A DNA stretch of 64,000 nt, from contig MFWV01000003.1 in NCBI GenBank assembly GCA_001787405.1, positions 790-64,789 of the forward strand, in the 5' to 3' direction. Positions 58,496 through 64,000 of this stretch are shown here, piece after piece (the stretch's first letter is position 1; the number at the start of each line of letters is the position of its first letter). Under the pieces are notes generated by a model, which did no database searches, had not been told where the DNA came from, and saw only the letters and a program-made list of their open reading frames with translations. The stretch is from Candidatus Pacebacteria bacterium RIFOXYA1_FULL_38_18. Lineage in GTDB: Bacteria; Patescibacteriota; Microgenomatia; UBA1400; PJMF01. The translations under genes were made by a program, and so were the position numbers.

Positions 58496-58569
58496 TCGGG
58501 GAGACAGGACTCGAACCTGCGACCTCACGCACCCCATGCGCGCGCGCTAGCCATCTGCGCCACTCCCCG
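58496..58569 (-). tRNA. tRNA-Pro(GGG)
   Basis: CGGGGAG/CTCCCCG acceptor, CGCGC-ATGGGGT-GCGTG, GTTCGAGTC. Confidence 0.95.
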
Positions 58570-58755
58570 TTTTTAATAATTCGATTGTACCAGATAACAT
58601 TAATGTTTAAACTAAGTGACGGTTTGTTACGCTTCATGTCAGAATGCAAATGTATGCTTGAGAAAAACAATTGATCTAGTCGGATAATTTCACGGCTTGC
58701 GGCACTCTTTTGTTTAGGGTAATGTATGGGTATAAACATACCGGAAAGGAACAAG

Positions 58756-59799
58756 ATGGCTCGTAAAGCCTCCTCGTTAACTAAGCTTAAAACAGAAACT
58801 AAATCTTCAGAGAGTGGCAAATCTGAGGCAGTCAATATTGCTATGCAGCAGATTGAACGCAATTTTGGTAAGGGTTCAATCATGAAATTGGGTGAATCAC
58901 TCAAGAATATGCCCAAAGTACCAGTGGTTTCCACTGGTTCATTGTCGCTCAACTTGGCTTTGGGAATTGGTGGTTATCCCAGAGGCAGAATCATTGAGAT
59001 TTATGGTCCAGAAGCGTCTGGTAAAACTACGCTTTGTTTGCATGCCATTGCCGAAGTGCAAAAACATGGTGGTACAGCAGCTTTTATTGATGTAGAACAT
59101 GCTTTAGATCCAGTTAGAGCAGAAAAAATCGGTGTCAATTTGGAAGAGTTATTGATCTCTCAACCTGATTACGGCGAACAAGCCTTGGAAATTGCTGAAA
59201 CATTGGTCCGTTCTGGAGGAGTGGATATTGTGGTAGTTGATTCAGTAGCAGCACTAGTACCCAAATCAGAGATTGAAGGCGAAATGGGCGATCACCAGAT
59301 GGGTACACAAGCTAGACTAATGTCTCAAGCCATGCGTAAATTGACGGCTGCGATCAGTAAAGCCAATACACTGATGATTTTTACCAACCAAATCAGAATG
59401 AAGATAGGCGTGATGTTTGGTTCTCCAGAAACAACTAGTGGAGGCAACGCCCTCAAGTTCTATGCTTCTCAGCGTTTGGATATTCGTAAAATCGGCAATA
59501 TTCAGGAGGGAGAAGAGATCGTGGGCTCCAGGCATCGAGTAAAGGTAAAGAAAAACAAAATTGCTCCACCTTTTAAAGTGGCTGAGTTTGATATGGATGA
59601 CAATGGTATTTCCAGAGAGGGAGATGTGGTTGATATGGGGGCTGATAAGGGCGTCTTGGAAAAATCTGGCAGTTTTTATAAATACAAAGGCGAGGTTCTA
59701 GCTCAAGGCAGAGAAGCAGCGAAAGTTAAGCTTGCAGAAGAACCAGCCTTACGAAAAGAAATCGAAAAGAAAATTTGGGAAGTTATTCAGGCAAAATAA
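58756..59799 (+). CDS. recA: Recombinase RecA (start after AAAGGA)
   Basis: [29 protein letters not shown]. Confidence 0.99.
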   Translation: MARKASSLTKLKTETKSSESGKSEAVNIAMQQIERNFGKGSIMKLGESLKNMPKVPVVSTGSLSLNLALGIGGYPRGRIIEIYGPEASGKTTLCLHAIAEVQKHGGTAAFIDVEHALDPVRAEKIGVNLEELLISQPDYGEQALEIAETLVRSGGVDIVVVDSVAALVPKSEIEGEMGDHQMGTQARLMSQAMRKLTAAISKANTLMIFTNQIRMKIGVMFGSPETTSGGNALKFYASQRLDIRKIGNIQEGEEIVGSRHRVKVKKNKIAPPFKVAEFDMDDNGISREGDVVDMGADKGVLEKSGSFYKYKGEVLAQGREAAKVKLAEEPALRKEIEKKIWEVIQAK

Positions 59800-59889
59800 A
59801 AGCAGTAAGCTGAGTTTTTTTGCTCGAGCTACTTTAAAAAAAGTACTGATAGATCAGTTTTTTTATTGATTGAATGAGGCTATTTTTCA

Positions 59890-59918
59890 TTGACGAAGCT
59901 CAACTTCGGACGTATAAT
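59890..59918 (+). promoter_or_regulatory. Near-consensus sigma70 promoter
   Basis: TTGACG-17 nt-TATAAT. Confidence 0.85.
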
Positions 59919-59927
59919 ACCCTTTAA

Positions 59928-60093
59928 GCTTACAAAAAAAGTGAGCAGAACATTTATTTAAAAAAGATTATTCGTTACAGTAATGAGAAATTATTTATTA
60001 TTTAGCATTAAACATCAACTACTTGTGACTACCCGCCACTCGGCGGAATGTTCTGATTGAACCCTCGGGTTTTTCCTCATTTTCTTTGTCAGC
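59928..60093 (+). ncRNA. Candidate 6S RNA
   Basis: Closing stem 16/18 bp, 10-bp CAGAACATTT/GAATGTTCTG stem, A/U-rich 5' bubble, CCGCC/GGCGG hairpin on the 3' side; starts at predicted TSS, upstream of rny. Confidence 0.6.
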
Positions 60094-60180
60094 GAACTTG
60101 TGTGTTTGAGTTTTTTATTGGTAAAAACCAGAAACTTGAATTAACAATCGTAAAAAATTATTGGTAAAAAGAAAGAAGAT

Positions 60181-61815
60181 ATGACATTTTTTAACAACCT
60201 TTCCAAGGTTTTTGGCGAGCAAACTAAAGTTGCTGGCAAGAAACCTTTTCATAAAGCAAACAAACCAGGCCTAGCACGGGGTGCTGAGGCTATCGGTCGT
60301 GGTGGCTCTCTCCCTCCCAAACATTTGGCTAAACAAGCAGAAAAACCGGCTCATTTACTTCATAAACTCAAACCAGAAAAACCCAGCAAAGAAAACTTGC
60401 ACCAAATGCAGTCGATGGTGAATGAAGCTCAGGCAAAAGCTAGAGAAATTATTATTGGGGCAAAAGATGAGGCCTTGGCCATTCATACCGATGCAGAAAA
60501 AAAAGCGCGCAAATTGGAGAAACAACTAGAAGATCAACAGCGTTTTTTGGAAGATAAACTCAATAGACTTGATGAACGATTAAATGGCTTGGAAACCAAA
60601 GAGCAATCTCTTAGGGAAGAGCGAGAGCGTTTGGATAAATTACGCCAAGAACTGGAAAAAGCCAAACAGGCCGTGGCAGAGAAACTGCAAAAAGCAGCCA
60701 AAATGACTGCTGATGAGGCTAAAAAACTCTTGATGGATAATTTGGAAAAGAAAATGAGCGAAGAGATGTCTCAGTACATCAGACAGCGTGAGGAAGAAGC
60801 CAAACAAGAGGCTGATGAAAAAGCTGCTGAGATCATTATTGAGGCCATGAAATATGGGGCTACTGATCATGTGGCAGAATACACTGTTTCCATTGTAGAT
60901 TTGCCGTCAGAAGAAACTAAAGGCAAGATTATTGGTCGATCTGGAAGAAATATTCATGCTTTTGAGCGGGCAACCGGTGTTGATGTAGATTTGGATGCTT
61001 CACCTACTGAAGTAAAACTTTCTAGTTTTGATCCAATCAGACGGGAAATTGCCAGAGTCAGTTTGGAACGCTTAATCAAAGATGGTCGGATTCAACCGGC
61101 TAGAATTGAAGAGATCGTAGCCAAAGTAACTACTGAAATTAATAAAATTATTTTTGAAGCTGGTAAAAACCTCTGTCACACAGTGGGTGTTTACAACTTG
61201 CCTTCAGAACTGATTGCTCTGTTGGGCCGTTTCAAGTATCGCTTTTCTTATGGTCAAAACATGATCACTCACACGATTGAAGAAACCAAGATCGGGACAA
61301 AGCTAGCTCATGAACTAAATCTGGATGTGAACACAGTCAAACTGGGTTGTTTACTTCACGACATCGGCAAAGTAGCCGAAGATCCTGATGATAATCACGT
61401 GGCTTTGGGTGTGAGAATCGCCAAAAAATTTAATATGCCCCAGCCGGTCATAGATTGTATTGCTCAGCATCATGAAGATGAATCTTTTTCTGGTCCAGAG
61501 CAAATGGCGGTTTATGTGGCAGATGCTATTTCTGGAGCTAGACCAGGAGCTCGTTACGAAAATCATGAAGAATATATCAAACGCTTGGAGGATTTAGAGA
61601 AAATTGCTACTGATTATCCAGAAGTAAAGCAGGCCTATGCTGTTCAAGCTGGTCGTGAATTGCGAGTGTTGCTGGAGCCAGAAGCTTCCAAAGATGATGA
61701 TGTGTCAGTATTGGCAATCAAGATTCGTGATGAAATTCAAGAAAAAGTGATGGTGCCTGGTAGTGTACGAGTGACTGTTATTCGCGAAAATCGAGCTGAA
61801 GAAAAAACTAAATAA
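60181..61815 (+). CDS. rny: Ribonuclease Y
   Basis: KH domain KGKIIGRSGRNI, DGRIQPARIEE, SYGQN, HDIGK, DAISGARPGAR, QAGRELRV. Confidence 0.97.
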   Translation: MTFFNNLSKVFGEQTKVAGKKPFHKANKPGLARGAEAIGRGGSLPPKHLAKQAEKPAHLLHKLKPEKPSKENLHQMQSMVNEAQAKAREIIIGAKDEALAIHTDAEKKARKLEKQLEDQQRFLEDKLNRLDERLNGLETKEQSLREERERLDKLRQELEKAKQAVAEKLQKAAKMTADEAKKLLMDNLEKKMSEEMSQYIRQREEEAKQEADEKAAEIIIEAMKYGATDHVAEYTVSIVDLPSEETKGKIIGRSGRNIHAFERATGVDVDLDASPTEVKLSSFDPIRREIARVSLERLIKDGRIQPARIEEIVAKVTTEINKIIFEAGKNLCHTVGVYNLPSELIALLGRFKYRFSYGQNMITHTIEETKIGTKLAHELNLDVNTVKLGCLLHDIGKVAEDPDDNHVALGVRIAKKFNMPQPVIDCIAQHHEDESFSGPEQMAVYVADAISGARPGARYENHEEYIKRLEDLEKIATDYPEVKQAYAVQAGRELRVLLEPEASKDDDVSVLAIKIRDEIQEKVMVPGSVRVTVIRENRAEEKTK

Positions 61816-61839
61816 ATCGGCTGGAAAAGCGGGTTAATG

Positions 61840-61873
61840 AAATTGGAGTAAGATAAATTGGAGTAAGATAAAT
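61840..61873. repeat. 15-bp tandem duplication
   Basis: aaattggagtaagat twice plus aaat. Confidence 0.85.
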
Positions 61874-61918
61874 GACACTCGATCAAACTGAGGGTAATAG
61901 CTTACAATAGAAAAACTT

Positions 61919-62131
61919 ATGCAAAATACTTTTTTGAGTTTACAAATTTTTTTATCCGTCATTATTACGGTCTTTGTTTTACTGCAATCCCAAGGTTCGG
62001 GCCTGGGTGCTACTTGGGGTGGTGGCGGGGAGACTTATCACACTCGCCGGGGAGTGGAAAAAGTTATTTTTACATTGACTATTGTAGCGATTATTCTCTT
62101 TGCACTGGTGTCAATCGCAGTGATTGCGTAG
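61919..62131 (+). CDS. secG: Preprotein translocase SecG
   Basis: VLLQSQGSGLG..WGG, TRRGVEK; two TMs. Confidence 0.93.
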   Translation: MQNTFLSLQIFLSVIITVFVLLQSQGSGLGATWGGGGETYHTRRGVEKVIFTLTIVAIILFALVSIAVIA

Positions 62132-62140
62132 AATAGCCTC

Positions 62141-63544
62141 ATGAGAAGGTTTTATTGGTATTTAACTGCCTATGCTCGCAAACATGGTTGGGTTTTTTTG
62201 GCCTCACTACTGGGAGCAATCATTATTTTCTCTCTGATAATTCCCCTGATAGCCAGTAAAGTAACGATTAAATCAAAAGAATATATTGGTATTTTGGGCT
62301 CTTATACACTGACAACATTACCCAGCGAAATTAAAAAACAACTGAGTTTGGGTTTGACTGAAGTAGCGGAAAACAAGGAAGTCTCACCCCTGCTGGCTCA
62401 ACGTTGGGTGGTAGAGGATGATGGTAAACGCTACCGCTTTGTTTTACGTCAAGATTTGGAGTGGCAGGATGGCAAAAGCCTCCGGCCAGAGGATGTTCAG
62501 TATCAGTTTGTTGATGTAGAAACAATCAGCACGCCCAACGACGTAGTGTTTGAATTGCCGGAGGCTTTTGCCCCCTTTCCCAGTGTAGTTTCGGAGCCTC
62601 TTTTCCGCCAGATCTCCCAGCGTTATTTTTGGTTTTTTTCCAGACCAATGCTGATCGGTATTGGGCCAAACAAAGTAACCAACTATACCCGTCAAGGCAA
62701 CAGATTGACTGAACTGGTGGTAGAAACACCCAAAAAAAACTTTGTCTATCGCTTTTATTTGACCGAAGCTGACATGATCTATGCCTTTAAACGAGGAGAA
62801 GTAGATGTTTTGCCTGATCTGTCAAACCCGGAAGATTTAGTCAGTTGGCCGAATGTAGAGATCATTCCTCATCTCAATACCCAGCGCTATCTAGCGGTTT
62901 TCTTTAACATGGCTGATCCATTGATGAGCGAAAACGTCCGCCAAGCGCTATCTTATGCTTTGGATAATCCACCCAATGAAACTCAAGCTTTGGGTCCGAT
63001 AGACCCCCATTCTTGGGCTTATTTGGAAAGTGCCAAACCTTATGACAAAGATTTAGATCGAGCAGTTGAGCAGTTGCTGAGCAATATTCCTGCCCAACCC
63101 ATGGAATTAACTTTGACTACAACCGAAATCTTTACCGATAAGGCAGAAGCAATCAAGGCTGACTGGGAAGAACTAGGAGAACGAGCAGAGGCAGAGTGTC
63201 AAACCTCCAAAGCCATTACGGATAAAGAGCAATGTGCCTTGGTCAAGATCAAGGTTTCTCTTAAAGTCAGTAATTTTCCAGATACCAGCAATTTCCAGCT
63301 CTTACTCATTGGTCAAGAATCATCCGTGGATCCAGATCAATACTTTTTATGGCACTCAGAACAACCGACCAACTTTACTCATTATAAAAACACCAGAATT
63401 GATGCTCTACTAGAGCGGGGGAGAAAAACTTTGGATCAGCAAGAACGCACGGTGATTTATCAAGAATTTCAACAATTTCTACTAGAGGATCCGCCGGCAA
63501 TTTTCCTGGAGCATCTTTACAGCTTTGAGGTGCGCCGTAAGTAA
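62141..63544 (+). CDS. ABC transporter substrate-binding protein, family 5
   Basis: PLLAQRW, WQDGK, VRQALSYAL, DPDQYFLWHS, IDALLERGR. Confidence 0.85.
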   Translation: MRRFYWYLTAYARKHGWVFLASLLGAIIIFSLIIPLIASKVTIKSKEYIGILGSYTLTTLPSEIKKQLSLGLTEVAENKEVSPLLAQRWVVEDDGKRYRFVLRQDLEWQDGKSLRPEDVQYQFVDVETISTPNDVVFELPEAFAPFPSVVSEPLFRQISQRYFWFFSRPMLIGIGPNKVTNYTRQGNRLTELVVETPKKNFVYRFYLTEADMIYAFKRGEVDVLPDLSNPEDLVSWPNVEIIPHLNTQRYLAVFFNMADPLMSENVRQALSYALDNPPNETQALGPIDPHSWAYLESAKPYDKDLDRAVEQLLSNIPAQPMELTLTTTEIFTDKAEAIKADWEELGERAEAECQTSKAITDKEQCALVKIKVSLKVSNFPDTSNFQLLLIGQESSVDPDQYFLWHSEQPTNFTHYKNTRIDALLERGRKTLDQQERTVIYQEFQQFLLEDPPAIFLEHLYSFEVRRK

Positions 63545-63598
63545 TCTAAAGATCATCTAAAGGTGATCTTGGAGTTTGAAGGCAATCTAGCCTGGATT

Positions 63599-63952
63599 TT
63601 AGGACTGAGGAATACCCAGATGATTTTCTACCACTTCTAGTCTATTTTCATGATTTTCCAACTGTCCGCGATAGCCAGTGAGAATAGCCATGTCTTCACG
63701 CAAACCGATAATTTCATGAAGAATATCGTCTTTAAATTGCAGGATATCGTTTTTAATATCGTTTTTAAATTCATACATTTCACTTCTAAACTCATACATT
63801 TCACTTCTAAACTCATACATTTCATTTTTAAATTCATACATTTCATTTTTAAAAGGTAAAACCTCGGTAGAGATTTCTTTTTTAACTTCTTTTCTGACTT
63901 CTTCTCTAACAATTTTTCTGATGAGCTGGAGATCTAGTTTAGTAAGTGCCAT
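63599..63952 (-). CDS. Coiled-coil protein with heptad tandem repeat
   Basis: F[K/R][N/S]EMYE x4; ends RLEVVE. Confidence 0.75.
   Translation of the reverse strand: MALTKLDLQLIRKIVREEVRKEVKKEISTEVLPFKNEMYEFKNEMYEFRSEMYEFRSEMYEFKNDIKNDILQFKDDILHEIIGLREDMAILTGYRGQLENHENRLEVVENHLGIPQS
63771..63854. repeat. 21-bp in-frame tandem repeat, 4 copies
   Basis: tcatacatttca(c/t)tt(c/t)taaa(c/t/a) x4. Confidence 0.95.
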
Positions 63953-64000
63953 AATTTTGATCCTAAATTATTTATTACTGAGTGGCAAGTGTATCTTGCC

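Overview
AT-rich bacterial chromosome segment, most consistent with a Patescibacteria/CPR genome (probably Microgenomates-like). This is inferred from the missing rpmD/L30 in the spc operon, r-proteins with long charged tails, and the typical CPR accessory families. Positions 1-27.8 kb hold rpoB (5'-truncated), rpoC, the str operon and the fused S10-spc-alpha-L13/S9 superoperon. Positions 27.9-64 kb are mixed housekeeping and accessory genes: HU, SurE, an ECF sigma module, upp, an envelope glycosylation/peptidoglycan cluster, prfB, ftsEX with a C39-like hydrolase, a candidate toxin-antitoxin pair, recA, rny and secG. Four tRNAs lie on the minus strand (Ser-GGA, Ser-GCT, Ser-TGA, Pro-GGG). Three observations stand out. 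(1) An integrase-free, tRNA-Ser-anchored cassette stack in which tRNA 3'-end fragments, one of them chimeric between two Ser isoacceptors, flank a single glycosyltransferase gene. (2) An unannotated ~166-nt rod-shaped RNA with 6S-RNA architecture behind a near-consensus sigma70 promoter upstream of rny. (3) Many accessory genes that appear to be transcribed as leaderless mRNAs. All calls come from reading the sequence; no database searches were run.
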